The translations under genes and the position numbers were made by a program. This document shows, piece by piece, positions 25,970 to 39,700 of a stretch of 64,000 nucleotides of DNA. Each line of letters begins with the position of its first letter. Position 1 is the stretch's first letter. A model generated the notes under the pieces. That model saw nothing but the letters and a program-made list of their open reading frames with translations, ran no database searches and was not told the origin of the DNA. Source of the stretch: Haplodiscus bocki (taxonomy: Eukaryota); NCBI GenBank assembly GCA_965655095.1, contig OZ296650.1, forward strand, positions 14,260,001 to 14,324,000, read 5' to 3'.

Positions 25970-28150
25970 AAAGTTGTGCGATTGAAAATTTACATGAGAA
26001 AAAAAACAATTTTACCTCTTCACAGTTTCGACCAAACAAAATTTTAAAACCGAGGAATAACATGGGAGCTTGTTCAGAACAAAAATCAGGTAAAAGTTTA
26101 ACTCTGTCGATTCAGACTTTGTTAGAAGATTTGAAGCAGTAGTTTTTGAAAACAATCAGTTAAAGAATCAAAATATAACTATATTGATTACTCTTCAGAC
26201 ATTTTCCCCCAATCAGGATTCTAACTCAGTCGTTGAGAAAAACTGTCATGGTTTTTGGAAACAATTTTTTGCCTCATGTGAAAAGTTATCAGTTGAAACT
26301 TCGATGAGAAAATCAGGCGAGTAGTGCTGAACAAATATGCGTTGGAATATTTAGGCAAGTCAAGATTGATACCTTTTCTGGCAATTCTAGCCCATCAGGA
26401 TTCAACTGCAACGAAGAACAAATTTGATTGAAGGTTTGAAAAAAAAACAGAAAGTTTTAGATTTTGAAGCAAGCAGTTTAGTCAGTGGTTATCGAGAAGA
26501 ATGAACTGAAGCATCTAAAATAGGAAAGTATTAATGGTAGTTCTTTGTCAGCTGCAAACTAGGAACTTTTTAAAGTGAAAAACAATATCAAAAACGTTTC
26601 GAAAGCAAGACCCCTTTTGACCAAAATCTTGTCGGTTGAGACCTTGATAATGAAAATCTATTTCGGAGTTACGCAGAAGAATGATTTTAAGTTGTGAGAT
26701 GTACTGAAATCATTAGCAATTTTTGTTTTTCGGGCCGTCAACTTTCTCATATACGGACAAATTTTATCGGTTTTCTAATCAAACCTCTCTGGAAAAGTGT
26801 GAAGTTTTCGATTGAGACCCTGATTGAGTAAATCAAACAAATAGTTAGCAAAAAGGATTAGTTTTGTTAAAGAGATGAACCGTCAATTTGGTTTCCTTTG
26901 CAAGGATCAAAATGAAAGTTTCTGCACTGCCACTGCAAACGTCTTTTGCAAGTGTGAAACTATCGATTTGAACCTTGCTGAAGGATGTCTGACTTTTAGT
27001 TACGGAAAACTAGGAGTTTTGGTAGAGAGAAAATCAAAAATAGAAAGCTTCTGAGCATTTTCGGACTATTAGAATCCCGATGCAAACAAAGATTTGCAGG
27101 GATTTTCAATTTCGAAAAAAAATCTATTGCAGATAAAAACCTTCAGTTGCGAGCCCAATGGAGGTTTCTAAAACTGTAGTGACGCAGAGAAAAATTTGAA
27201 TTTCGCAAATAACCAAAATTAATCAATCGATTTGGATTTTTTGGACAATCACAATTCTGAACCAAAAATTTTCAAAAAAAATCCTCAATTGAAAACTCCT
27301 CTACAAAATAATTGGTGTCATTTGGGACTTCAACGGAAAAACTCAACCGTGTAGTAATGGAGAAAAATGTTTTCCGAAATCGAGGAAAATCTCGACTAAT
27401 AGTCCTTCTTTGGACTTCTCGGACTCGCAGTTTTGTAAAGTGATGATCGAATACTGAAACAAATTAGATAGGATTAGTTTTTTGTAGTGCAAAAATTGCG
27501 AATGGGACCTTGACGGAAGCAATCACACCTTCAATTACCGAGCATTATGAGTTTGAATAATAAGTTTAACCATTTCTAACTGCACCTTCTGGATTTTTCA
27601 CACTATCAGGACATTGATGCATTGATCAAAACAATTGATCTATCCGTCAAAGTTTCTTCAATTGTAAATATTTCAGTTGGGATCTTGCTGTAAATGTTCG
27701 AGCCTATAGTTACTGAGGAAACTGAGTTCAAACTCTGGCTTGAATAATTTCTAATGGCTCTTTTGCACTTTTTTGACAATCAAGTTTCCGAAACAGGGAA
27801 GAAAACGTTGGGTTCTCAATAGAATTATTTGCCACTAGTTGGGCAAATTGACTGACACCTTGCTGGAGGAAATCAAGCTAATTTTTGAGAATAAAAAAGT
27901 TTGAACTTCAAGTTTTTTAAAAACCATTGGAACTTTCTCCAGGTTAATGGTCTACCAAAGTTCTAACGCGAGGAACAGAATCAAGGAGTTTTCAAAGGAA
28001 AGCTCCAGTTGAAATAAAGAGTTGCTGGTGGAGATTACGATGAATGAATTGAACCTTGTATTTTTGGATGATCAAGAATTGCAACTTTAGACAAAATCCC
28101 AACCATTTGTGTTCTTTGGCCATCGCTGAATTTGTGGATCACAGAATGAT
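25970..28150 (+). repeat. Degenerate ~175-bp satellite-like tandem array (about 12 units)
   Basis: A motif of the type tcgattgagaccttgatggaggaaatc recurs at ~26107, 26288, 26631, 26807, 26963, 27143, 27318, 27498, 27672 and 27848. Confidence 0.75.
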
Positions 28151-28719
28151 TTGTTCCAGCAAAAAAAACTTTCGAAGCTTTGTTTTTTTTCGGACCACGA
28201 GGAAACTAAAAATGTGAAAAAAACTGCTGGGAAAAAACTGAAACGGAAAGCCGAACTCTAACATTCATTAGTACAAGTTTTCAGAGATTTTATCAACTTT
28301 TCGTTTTTTCCCTTGAAGGAAAATCAATTTTTTTCTCGAATTTTCCGAGAAAAAGGAACAATGATTTGTTTTAATTACGTCGCGCAACGGATGATTTCCG
28401 ATGAAACAATATTTAAAAGGCCGCAGCTTTTGTCGAAAAAACTTTTTTTTTGCTTAGGGATAACGAGAATGTGTTTACGAATTAACAAGTATTTAAGAAA
28501 ATTTTAAATGATGACCAACTATGGAATTTTAACCTGCTACCTGTAGGCTCTATATCCACTGATGTTGAATGATCAATTCTTGGTTGACTGTAGGTCCAAG
28601 CTAAGTGTAGATTTGTCAACTTCCCAATTACGCACTGTGCATTTTCAAATTGTGTGAGTAGCACCTTGTAATCAACTCTTCAGGAGTTCATTGATTTGGT
28701 ATTGGATAGAAACAACCTA

Positions 28720-29100
28720 ATGGTTGTAATATTGGCGCCAGTTCACTCAACTTCCACCAGAGACCAGACACTTCGAGAAATCCTAATCCCAGTTATTCTA
28801 CAGTTGAACCATTTAATCAGAACCGAGTTCAATTTACCCCATCATTAAGAACGGAGAAAACTTAATAAAGAAACCAAAACAATCGTATGGCACCGCTTTT
28901 CGAACGAAACATAAACAAATTGTCGACCGAACAGCGGAAGTTCCAAAAATTCAGAAAATAGAACGACACCGTGAATAAACTAATGTGATGAAGAACGGTG
29001 GTCTTGTATTGCCAACAAAAAGGAATGCTTAGATCTTCCAACCGCTTCTCTACTGGGACGTTTTGTCGCAACATAACAAAAACTCCATTTCCACCTCTAA
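28720..29100 (+). pseudogene. Cryptic SGNH-like ORF0 remnant
   Basis: ATG at 28720, GGC GCC AGT TCA CTC = GASSL (28734-28748), IVWH (28882-28893) and VVLYCQ (~28998-29015). The motif order matches ORF0 at 47517. Confidence 0.7.
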
Positions 29101-30342
29101 TATAAAAGGAGTTATAGTAGCATCTGAGCCTCAGGCACTTATACCACTGCACCAGTTTAGCTTGTAATGTAGACTCCAGCATTTTTTTTGGACAAGGCAA
29201 TAGAAAACTGTAGTTGCAGTAGACAGAAAACTATTGAACAACTGATTCTGCCAACTGCATTTTGGCATTACCTGTCTTCGAGTAGCGGAATCTGGTATTG
29301 CGATCAATGTGCAAGTGAAGTGAAGAACCTTTTGATAAATGCAGCTGCATTGAAGGTTAAGAAAAAAGTACCAGAAGAAAAAATGACATGGACACAGCAA
29401 TCAACTATGCAAAAACGCTCTTAGATGATCTTCGCTACTTAGGAATCGCAAAACAAATAAAAATGGGCATATAAGAGGAAGGAACTTGGAACTGAATCGA
29501 GGAAAAAAGGGATCGAACGTTGAAAAGTCGTTTAGGACTTTGATATTCGAACAGGGTGCGAGGTATAGATTTAACTACAGGACAAATTACACCGTAAAAA
29601 GATCAATGTGATTGAAAAAGGCCCAAGTAAAACCACTGAGTTGAAAAAATGAATCAAAGGGTGCAGTTACCAATCTATGTAGAATGTTTGAAGTAGGCGT
29701 TAAAAAGTCAAGAACAGCCCGGAGGTTGGCGAAAATCTGATGCAGAACAAAACACCAGATAAACAACAGAGAGTTCTACTGACAACATTGAACAACTTGA
29801 AAATGGCGGTGTCTTGGTGGAATGACTTTAAAGGCTTAAATACGCTGAATGAGCTGTGTGAAAGAGCTTGATTGAACAAAAAGTTGATCAATTTCGGGAA
29901 TAAGGAGCAAAGGTTTTGATGATTGAGGAAACCGGAGTTTTCAATCGAATTGTTTACGGCAACAGAATGATCAGAGTAGGCAGTCGGACTGAACCTTTTT
30001 CACATAACCTATCAGAAAACAATTCGAACTCCTGTTCAGAAACTTCGTTAAGAGGGCGGCAACAAAAGGTCCTCGACCTGTAGGTATAATTCGAACAGGA
30101 AATGTCTTAGAGCACTTAGTAACGTTGACCTGAGCGAAAACAAAAAAAAATCAGTAACCACTCGGAGCCAAATTTGGCAATACATTGATTGATTTGACAT
30201 GGAACATTAAAACGATGACACTGACGACAAAAATAAAAGAATGCTGTTAAACTATTCAGTTCATTCACAAAACCTGCGGTAGCGTAGAGACACAACAATC
30301 CAAACTGTTTTGGCCAGAATACAAGATTATGTTTTCATAATA

Positions 30343-31122
30343 CCCGGGTTGACCTGACAGGCAAATCATACTATGCACCATAAACTGCCATAAAAAAACA
30401 GCTTATGGTAATACCATTAGTTTCCCGTTTTTTTCTCCATGGCCATAGTATGGAAAGCCTGACAGCCATTAACTTGTATGGCCAGTTAATGACTTTAATG
30501 TTTTTTTTTTGTATGGTCATACAATGATTATCATGTTTTTCTTGAAATCCTGTTTCGAAAAAAGACCTCCAATTTCTAATTTACTTAGTTCCAAGTAATC
30601 CAAAGGTCTTAAAAACCTCAATACCCAAAGGGAACGCCCGTCAGCAACTTTCAGAGTTTAACTTTCCGCGTACTTGCTAGTAAAGAAGTTTATCGTAGTT
30701 TGTCCAACACTACATCACCGTTGACTATACTTTTCGAGAAGGGGATTCCACAAAAACTCAGTTTTAACTTCAGGCAATCAAAAATGAACGTGATGGCATT
30801 TATTATGTTCCTCAGTCTTTTTATTGTCAGAAGTTTTGAACTTCACACTTCAATGTAAAATTTTCCATGAGTATTTGAGTCAAATTTTTGTTCGCTAGAA
30901 TACGTTATCATAATCTGATAAAATTTTTGCATGCTCTTCCATACTATGGCCATACTATGGTAGAGTGAATGACAGGCATGGAATCATACATTAGTATGGT
31001 CTTTTTATGACTTGCATGTTACCATAAACTTCTATGGTATTTGTATGACTTTACTGTTTTCATAGATCACCATATATGACTTTCTATGATTTCCCTGTTT
31101 TTTCTACGGTGGTGAACCCGGG
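30343..31122. mobile_element. Non-autonomous DNA transposon (MITE) with CCCGGGTT(G/C)ACC TIRs and TA flanks
   Basis: ta|cccgggttgacc ... ggtgaacccggg|ta, with subterminal regions rich in ccata/tatgg motifs and no ORF. Confidence 0.85.
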
Positions 31123-33419
31123 TAGCTACAGAAGCCTAATTTTGACTGATGAAAGAACAGTGCATTGGACGACCTTCTCAGAAATAAACCACGAGAAAAA
31201 ATTCTGTTGTTTTTTCAGACAAATAATTATCGTGACATTGTTTGAATTGTAACACCAAGAACCACATCGAGACCAGAAAAACACACCAATTTTCAAAAGC
31301 ACCTAATACTCAAACTTGGACCAGCAGGTTGTTCAGCCGAAGACACATTGAACAAACTGCATATTTTTATTTCCAAATCTGCCACTTAATGTTAATTCTT
31401 GAGCCATCAGTAACCTTCTTCGCGTCATCTCCTGGGAAAAAACCACCACAGAGTACTCTCAATGACTTTGCCTATATAGGGAGTGAGTCGAACAAAGGTG
31501 CGATTAAAGTACCGCCGTGGAAACTACCCAGACCTTCATGCTCATAAATTTACATTGCGAAGGTTTTTTCATCAACTCTACGAAAGTAGAAGAAAACTTG
31601 AAAAACGAGGACTGCTAATTGCGACCAAAATTTTGTCCCTATCCTTCAGTTTTGCCTCAGCAACCACGATTCAAAACCACTGAGCCAAAATCTCACTCAA
31701 ACAATTAATAAAAAGAGTAGAAACTGGAAAATTTTCAGGAGAAACAAGTCCGTAGGCAACCATCAAAGAGTATACAGAGCTGAGATAAAGTAACGAAACT
31801 AAGACCAGGAACCACCATGAAGCAGAAAAAATGATCCTTTGATTTTTTTAGTCTGAAACCAGAAACGGCTTAGACACGCATCAAAAAAGAACTGAAAGGC
31901 AACGAGACAAACCCGGCAATTGACTTAGCAAGGTTGGACGCTCAACAACAGACAACAATAAACAAAAGCGACGGCAACTTTATCGAGCTTAGTCCTTACA
32001 AACGACACGCCGGCAATCAAATTGTCAATAATAATTTCGAACATTAGGTCACTGTTGAAAAAGCATCGCTGAACACATAGGCTTTAGAAAGATTTTACAG
32101 ATGGATGTTGCTAAGTTGATAATACCTCAGAATTTGCACCATCACATTTTATTGCAAACAAGAAATTTTTGCTCTCTACCGTGAAGCAGAATTAGTGATC
32201 AAACAGAGAAAATGATGAAATTCCTGACCATTGGAAACGTGCTTTCACAACAGAAATACTAGAGTGTTATGAAGAGATCGCATCAACTACAAATTTGTGA
32301 GCTTGGTATCAGTTTGTAGCAAACAAAGGCAGAATTTTTTTGGGGAACAATTTATTGACTTTCTCGATCAAAAAAATCAACCCAAACAGAAGACTGCTAA
32401 AAACTTTATCTACTTACGGGATTGAGGGTGAAACACTCGATTGGGTGACCGCATTCTTGCCCAAACAGAGACAAACGGTGGAAGAGATGAAAAGTTCTTC
32501 TTTGAAAGCGATCGTGAACTTATCGGTCATCATCACACTGCCACCAGGATCTTTTCTTGAATCGAAAACTCTCAGCTGAACATGCACAATTTTAAAAGAC
32601 GAGTTCAGACACAGAAGCAAGGAAAACGATTTGGAAGAACTCTCATCCAGGTCCCAAGAAAGTCCACACCAGTTCATTTCATGGGAAAATTGCACAGTTT
32701 ATTGATGGGAAGTATCATGGATTTGATCAAAAAAAATTCTTTCGATTTCCAAACCCCCATCACAAAAGTTCAAAACGAGAAAGTGTACTCGCCAAACGTA
32801 CTCGCTGTAGCTTCATAAGTGCTCTTCAGTACCTTTCGGTGGACCATTCTTGCTTATCTCACTAAATAAAGTATTTTCACCCGAAGATAATTGATAAATT
32901 AAAAACCATGTGAGAGTATTTCACATAAAACCGGGAAATCAGAACATTAGTACACGTTATCCAATAGGATTTGGAAGAACAAACTTAAAATGGAATTGAA
33001 CTTTGGACACTTCAGCTCAATCTGAACATACCGCCTACCTTGATTTGACAGACAAACTGTACAATCTCAACCTCTGAACTTTTAAATAAAACGAGTGTTC
33101 AATTTATGCAGGATCTTTTACATAGGACAATTATCCCATTTTGTGTACGGGGCGATTGTTTATCTCAGTAGGGGTTTTTTTCTTGACTACCCTCACAAAT
33201 TGATCAGGACCACTGCAGCCATTAATGAATTTAGCAAATGGCCTTTTTTAGTGGAGATACAATGTAATCAGACACATGAACGACATTCTCCAACCTTTGA
33301 AAGGGCTGTTTCTCGCTTCCATTCTGTAAGTTCCTGTATGGAAACTACATACTCTTGACCATCTTTTCCAAAAGTTGATTTTCAAAACCTGTATTTGGGA
33401 CCAATCCTTGGCTGAATAT

Positions 33420-36400
33420 GTATTTATTGTGTTGTTGTTGTTACTCTCTATTAGCAGCAGAGTTTGTAGTTTACCACCCAGTCAGAAGTGTGCTGGTTTT
33501 AATGTTTCTGAGTCGTTGGGGTCGTCTGAAATTTGACATGATGGACAAAAAATTGACAGCAATTCAAACTGGCAGAATAAAGTTGTTAACTCTTCAAAAG
33601 ACAAGACTTTGTTCCTCAATGTTTTTTTTTAAATGACGCCCGGTATTCTTTACGCTAGAATCCCATGATCCACATAAATGTAGTGTTAATGGTGGTATGA
33701 CATTCAAAATCATGTTGAGACCTGCTTTGAGTACTTTTTGTATTGCTAGAAGTAGACGTTTTGCACCATGAAAATTGCTGCCATTTTCTGTATTCAGATG
33801 CGTCGGACAGCATTGACGAGAAACAAACTCCATAGAGCAGCTATGGAAGCCGGTGTTGTCAAGATTTTTACTGCTCCAATGTCTACTGCTTTGCTCGAAA
33901 AGCGGACGAAGAGTGTCCGATAATATTTTTCTACAATTTGTGGCGCAATATAACAACGGAACGGTCCTGCAAAGTTTAGATTTACACGTTGAAACGCTTA
34001 TGATGGAGGGTAGAGTCATACTTTTCGGAAGGTTGCCCATCAGAGGGAAATTTGGTTTCACTGAGAATGTACTGCACTGCACACAATCTGAAATTGTTCT
34101 TCTCACTGAGTCTCGACAACTTGGAATCTAAAATCTCGTCTTATTGAATGCTACAACTTGACTGGTTCGTCCGCGAAACGTTAAAATCACTAATTTTGCG
34201 AGCCCACTGTGTTCCGATATACCTCGTTGATATTTTGTTTCATCGGAAAAACATGCTTGCACCAGCTTTCCGCCACCACAGAGAACGCCGTTATTTAACA
34301 AGGAAAAAAAGCAAAACAGTTTGTTTTCGGAAATGGTTTGTGTTGATGTTTGAAATTTTTTCGTTTCATCTACGAAGAACTCTTCTTGCTCCTATCTCAG
34401 AAGTGCCATCGCAATATCAGATATTTCGGAGCACGTTTTGTAATCGGAAAACTTTTTGTTTTGTTTCTAAAGTCGTGAAATAAGGTTTTTCACGTGAACA
34501 ATTGTGGGAAAAAGTGGAAATTGCATGTGGTGAGCTTAATTACATCTTGATCAGCTTTTGTGTTCAGGATTGTTTTGAATAAAATTTTTTGACTTCTCTT
34601 TGTTTCTTCGTTTGTATCACCTATCGGTTGTGGATCTGGGAAGTTTCCAGTGACTGACCATTTTGGCCGGTGTCACCAAATAATCACAAGATTTCATACG
34701 TTTTGTCTCTAAACCACGTGCAGCATTATCAGCGGTATTCCCTTCCAAAATCACGTGCTGCCAGTTCAATTCTAGCTCACTCAGCAACTCTGAAAATCTA
34801 TTAGCTACAAACGTGGACCGATTCTCGTGATAATTAACATATAACAAATGTTGAATCGGTCCATCCATGGATAGAATCAATTGTGTTGCCTAATTGTTCT
34901 AAAGAGTTTGAAACTTATTTCAATAGTCGAAAGTCAAGTGAAGCGGTGAAGATTTTTAGTCCTGGTACCCTCTACATTTTCAGTAGAGCAACTTTAGTTT
35001 TTGCTGCAAGCAATGAAAATTGCTGGCTGCTATTAGGTGTTACAGCAAGGTCACTGAAAGCAAGTAACTTTATTTTATCAGAAACACCTTTGAATGAAAA
35101 AAGTCTCTTCGATTTTATTTCTCCAAGGCTCACTACTTCAGACCACCAACTAATTTGCATTCAAACTAAATCATATGATAGTATGTCATCACAATCAATA
35201 TTGGCTTTCCAGGACTGCTGCATCACCTGTTTCAGGAAAATCTTCATTGATGATAGATAGCCCGGCGGATTGAAAATCTTCGATAAGTCATTGAGAATTC
35301 GTCGTTTTCTTATATGTTTGTCTGAGAAAGGTGGGTTATCAAGGTATAAAAATTTCGAAAGAATTGTGTCAGATAATGGGTTCCAAAACGTCCTTAGTGT
35401 TTTTATGGTCTGATCAATAGCAAAAACTTCAAAACTGTCATTAGATTCGCGGTACTTCCTTGGAAGATCAAGAATAACTGTAGGTGTGTTGTTCGAAGTC
35501 CACTTACCGAGATCAAACTGAGTTTGTTCTAAGGTGTCAATGAGACCCTTTTGCAATGTTTTAGCTTCAGAGGTAGAAAATGCGCTTGTATTCATTTCAG
35601 CGACGCAATAATGGCGTCAAATTGCTTGTTGTACCGGTAGCAGAACGTTGGAGCTGCACTTTTAGTCAAAGAGTGAATCGAATGATATGATGTGCTAGTT
35701 AAAATCTAAATACATAATGTCATTTGATAAGTGTCGGAAACTTGTGTGTCATCAATCTCCTCAAAAATTTAACAAAAGTTTCATCTTCTTTTGCCAAAGC
35801 TACATGTCTTTACTGTTTTGAAACGCTTGTGCACATTGCGATTTTGAGACACTTAAAGCGGATGAGGATGTCGCAATTGTCATCTTGGAAATTGGGCGCC
35901 AGCATTTCTTTTTGTTGTGGAGTCAAATTGTTGCTCGCGCATTTATCCTTCTTGTGATAAATATTTGAGTACTGGAAAGCTTTCGGTTTCCCAAAACTTG
36001 CAGGGTAAGTTTTCGGTGTCTTTAGAAGTCATGATGGTTGTGTAGCTAACGACCAAATCTTTGGTTTCTTCCACTACACGTCCCGATACAACCCAACCTG
36101 AAATTGAATCCCTCGGAAACAAAAATATTGTCTCTGAATTTCTTGTCAAAGGGGAGGTCTTACAAAATGTTGGCACCTAAAAGAAGGTCTATAATTTCAG
36201 GTGTTTCGATGTGGCGATGGGCAGGATCCAAATGGCGAACCCGTTTCGTATGACTAGTGTCAAATTTACCACTAGCATTGGCGTTGGTTAGACGAGAAAT
36301 GATTTTAGAATTTTTACAACGGAGTCATTCAGAGTTGTCGGTAGCAACAGTGTCAAAACCTAGTGTTTGGATAGTGGCTTGAGAGATTTTCGTTGGCAGC

Positions 36401-37960
36401 ATCAAGGCTTTAGCTTAGTCTGCCGTGATGAGGCGAACGTGAGGTCCAGTATAAAACATAGCACGCTGCTGCAACTGAGTGAGGCTAGGTTCGCGAATGA
36501 ATACTAGGGCCATTGACAACAGAACAGTGTCAACAGTACCTTGTTTACTGAAGTGTTTTGCGAAGTTGCGAGTAGGTTTTTCCATTTTTGAATACTTGCG
36601 TGAAATGTTTCGAGACGAAGAGTTTCCTTTTTAATTATCACAGGGTGTTGCATGTGTTTTTTTGTCAGGACGGTGTAGGAGTGTAAGATGTCCCAACCGA
36701 CTTCCTTTACAAGTGAATAGTTATTTGCATGTGTTGGACCAATGCCTTGTTTGAAAACAATCGAAACAAAGTTTTTGCCTTCGAATAGTTTGTGTCACTC
36801 TGTTAAGGTGAATCCTTTGAACTGTGGTCATGCTTAAAGTTTGTGAGATTCCTGGCAAAGTTAACATGATGATATGACAGCGGAGTATATTTGGATGGCT
36901 TGGTCCGTGCTCTGAGCAACAGTCGTCCCAGCGGATGGCACGTTTGCTTTAGCTTTGACCAATTTCAAGGCACAACTGAGAGTTTCCAAGACTCTGCCAA
37001 AATGTTTCCAAGACAGAAGATCTGTCCCCAAGTTGTCTAACTGGCATTGTTTGCGGGACTCTGGATCCATTTTTGGACAGAATCACCGAGTTTTTCAGAA
37101 GACTTTAAGTGCTCGTTTTATTCTCCCAAGGAGTTTACGCTGACCAATGCTGGGTTTTGTTTTCATTGAAGGCTGTGTCCAAATTTTCCGCAATTGAATT
37201 AGGACAACGCTGGTTTTGTTAGCGTTGCACCTAGTCAGCAATTCCTTGGCAAGGCAAGAATTTTGATCATTACTACTAATCGAAAAGGCCGAGTGGTTAG
37301 AGTCTCTTTCAACGCATGCCTTCAAGTAGTTTATTTTCTCACAATCTGTCAGGTTAGCGTTGCTGTCAACTGCTGCCTTGAAGAAATCCGAAAAATCATC
37401 CAATCAGTGTAGGAACCAGTCAAGTATGTGAGTTGTAATTTCGGTAGTCTGAGTTTGCTATGTGAGGAGTGCGAATCAACTGCGTGTAAATAAAAAAAAT
37501 AATGCGACGACAGTCAGTCAATATTTTGTATTTTTCATATATCGCTGATGATCTATCCATGGTGATACTTGCTGCGGTGTGAAAATCTGTTGATGAATCA
37601 AGTTCTGTGGAGAGATCATCCTGGTTTTCGAATGTCGATTTAATTTCGCCGTCAAGTTTTTGGATCATGTTAACTCCGTGTTGGAGGGCTTTAAGTAAGG
37701 CTTCTTCTTCAAAAGGTTTTGTTCGTCAGCAAAACTTCCTGAAAGAAAAGCATCATCTTTTTCTCCAAATTTTTCAATCGAGTTCTACGGTCACCACGGA
37801 CCATAGTGTTTCGCCCTTGATCAGTAATTGGCTGTATGGCTCCCAAGAAGTTTTCACCCTTGTGTAATTTATGATAGTGTGACGCAGATCTGTAAAAAAA
37901 CTTTTTCAGACTCCATTTGGTTGGGCCACCGATGAGCGAATCGTACAAAGACCATACCAA
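33420..37960 (-). mobile_element. Degenerate BEL/Pao LTR retrotransposon internal region
   Basis: Gag FKAAVDSNANLTDCEKINYLK and DPESRKQ, then GWVVSG / KFWETE, RT-Pao segment FDLGKWTSN..KRRILNDLSKIFNPPG, LLAFSD..LLAAKTKVA, FVANR..WQHV..NTADNAARG, and integrase CVQC..LMGNLP..ENGSNFHGA..GSWDSSVK. A tggtc PBS-like sequence lies at ~37950. Confidence 0.9.
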
Positions 37961-38899
37961 AGTTAAGAAGACTTGAAGAAAAAACTTTGTGTTACTCAAC
38001 TTTTAATAAAAATGTCAACACTTAACTTTCAGATTGGTGAACGATAAACGAATCGTCCGGCAACTAGTCTGAAAACAACTAAATTGGCAGAAAAAAGAGA
38101 ATTCACTCAGAAATTGTCCAAGGTAGCTTTTCTGTAAGAGCTCTTTTTATTTTGTTTCTTCTGTGGAGGCTTTATTGACTTCGTTCTGTTCTTCTGAGAG
38201 AGGGATGTCCTGGTATTTTAAAGATGGAGGACTATGAACAAAGAACTGATCTCGAAACAGGGGGGCTTATAGAGTTAGTTGTAATCAAAAGGCAAGGAAA
38301 TTCTTTTCGGTTTGCGTCTTCAAAGCGATTTCTCTGTTACACGCTTCACAACGAAATTGGCGTCTCGTAAATTGACAAATGCGTAGAGCGCGTTGCCTCT
38401 CTGACGTTATACAAGAGCTGCAATTCGATCTTTGTTTCTCAAACAAATGGTGGCAAGTTGCTTGGGGGTGGTGGAGTTGAAGTTATTGGACTGACTAGAG
38501 GTAAAGTAGGTTTTTATTTATGTGGTGCCAGATGATGATATTAGACATTTCTTTCAGCAAACTGCTTTCAAAACGATAGGATAGGCTAACAATGCTGTTT
38601 TAAGCAAAACAGTGAATGCATAGTGACTGAATTCCAAATACGGACACGTTGAAGGGCTGCCTGTCAGCGTTGTTAAGATTGTCAGCTGCTCTTCCGAGAG
38701 AACTGGCGCAAATAACAAATACAATTAGTGTGAAATGAACAACTGGGCACTTTTTGACAGAAAACTTTGGACATATTGATCATTTTTAGGTAGCAGACTG
38801 AACTAGGCAGAAGCCTATTTGACAGTTCCCACAAAAGTGACTCTAATTGTTTGCAGAGCTTTGTCAAGGTTCTGAAACTTATTTCCGCCATAACATCGC

Positions 38900-39700
38900 A
38901 TTGCTATCAATTTTCCGAGGTGTAGCAGGGGAGACAATCAACATTCCCCCTTCTCCAATACCTGCATATCGCACCAAAGGTTCCAGGCAAGTTCTGATTC
39001 GAGATGCTAATTTGGAGCCTTTCGTTTTTGGCAGCAGGAACTTTCGTAACCACTTTTGGTTGACTTGAGATTGAAAAGTATAAATTCATACTTTTTAATG
39101 AGCAGAAGTATGAGATAACAATTCACCAGGAAATTTGCCAGCATTCACGAATTAGTTTGTCCATGTAACAGATATAGCCTCTAAACAAACCAGTTAGCCT
39201 TGGATAACAAACAGAGTTTGAAATAGATCTCTCGTGAGAAAGTACAAAAAGGTCCTTTTATAAAAAGACCACAATTGGAGAGAAATCCAAAATTGAAAAA
39301 GACCTGAAAAACAAAATTCCAGACTGAAGAGCTGTAGGCATAAACATCTTCCAACGTAAAGCTGAGGGGAACGTTTTTTCGGTACAAAGAGCCTCTTTCC
39401 AGGCTTTGTTAGAAAGTCTCATCGAAATTTGGACTGTCCGAATCGGTGGAATGAAATTTACCCCCATTGCTTCGTAAGCGTTTTTTATTGCCTTTTGGTG
39501 GACCATTCCAGCCTGTCTCAGGAAACTTCGGTTCCTGTACCAGAAGGACACATTGATGAAGTAAAAATCATGTAAGGGTTAATTTTTCAATACCAGGAAA
39601 TCAGAACACTAGTATCCATTATCCAATAGGCTTCGAACTGGAATAATGAAATTTCCTTGGATTTGAATTGCTGACACGTCAACTTATTCTGATTAGGAAG
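38900..39700 (-). pseudogene. Possible highly decayed LINE RT 3' fragment
   Basis: Only a YSSSVWN-type motif (39181-39387) and weak upstream similarity. Confidence 0.3.

Larger units (their letters stand above)
28720..33090 (+). mobile_element. Old, degenerate full-length CR1-group LINE (ORF0, PHD-ORF1, EN-RT), interrupted by a MITE
   Basis: ORF0 remnants at 28720-29020, a PHD end GIWYCDQC at ~29290, RT remnant KTLSTYGIEGETLDWVTAFLPKQRQTV...LPPGSFL (32340-32579) and aataaa at ~33085. Confidence 0.6.
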
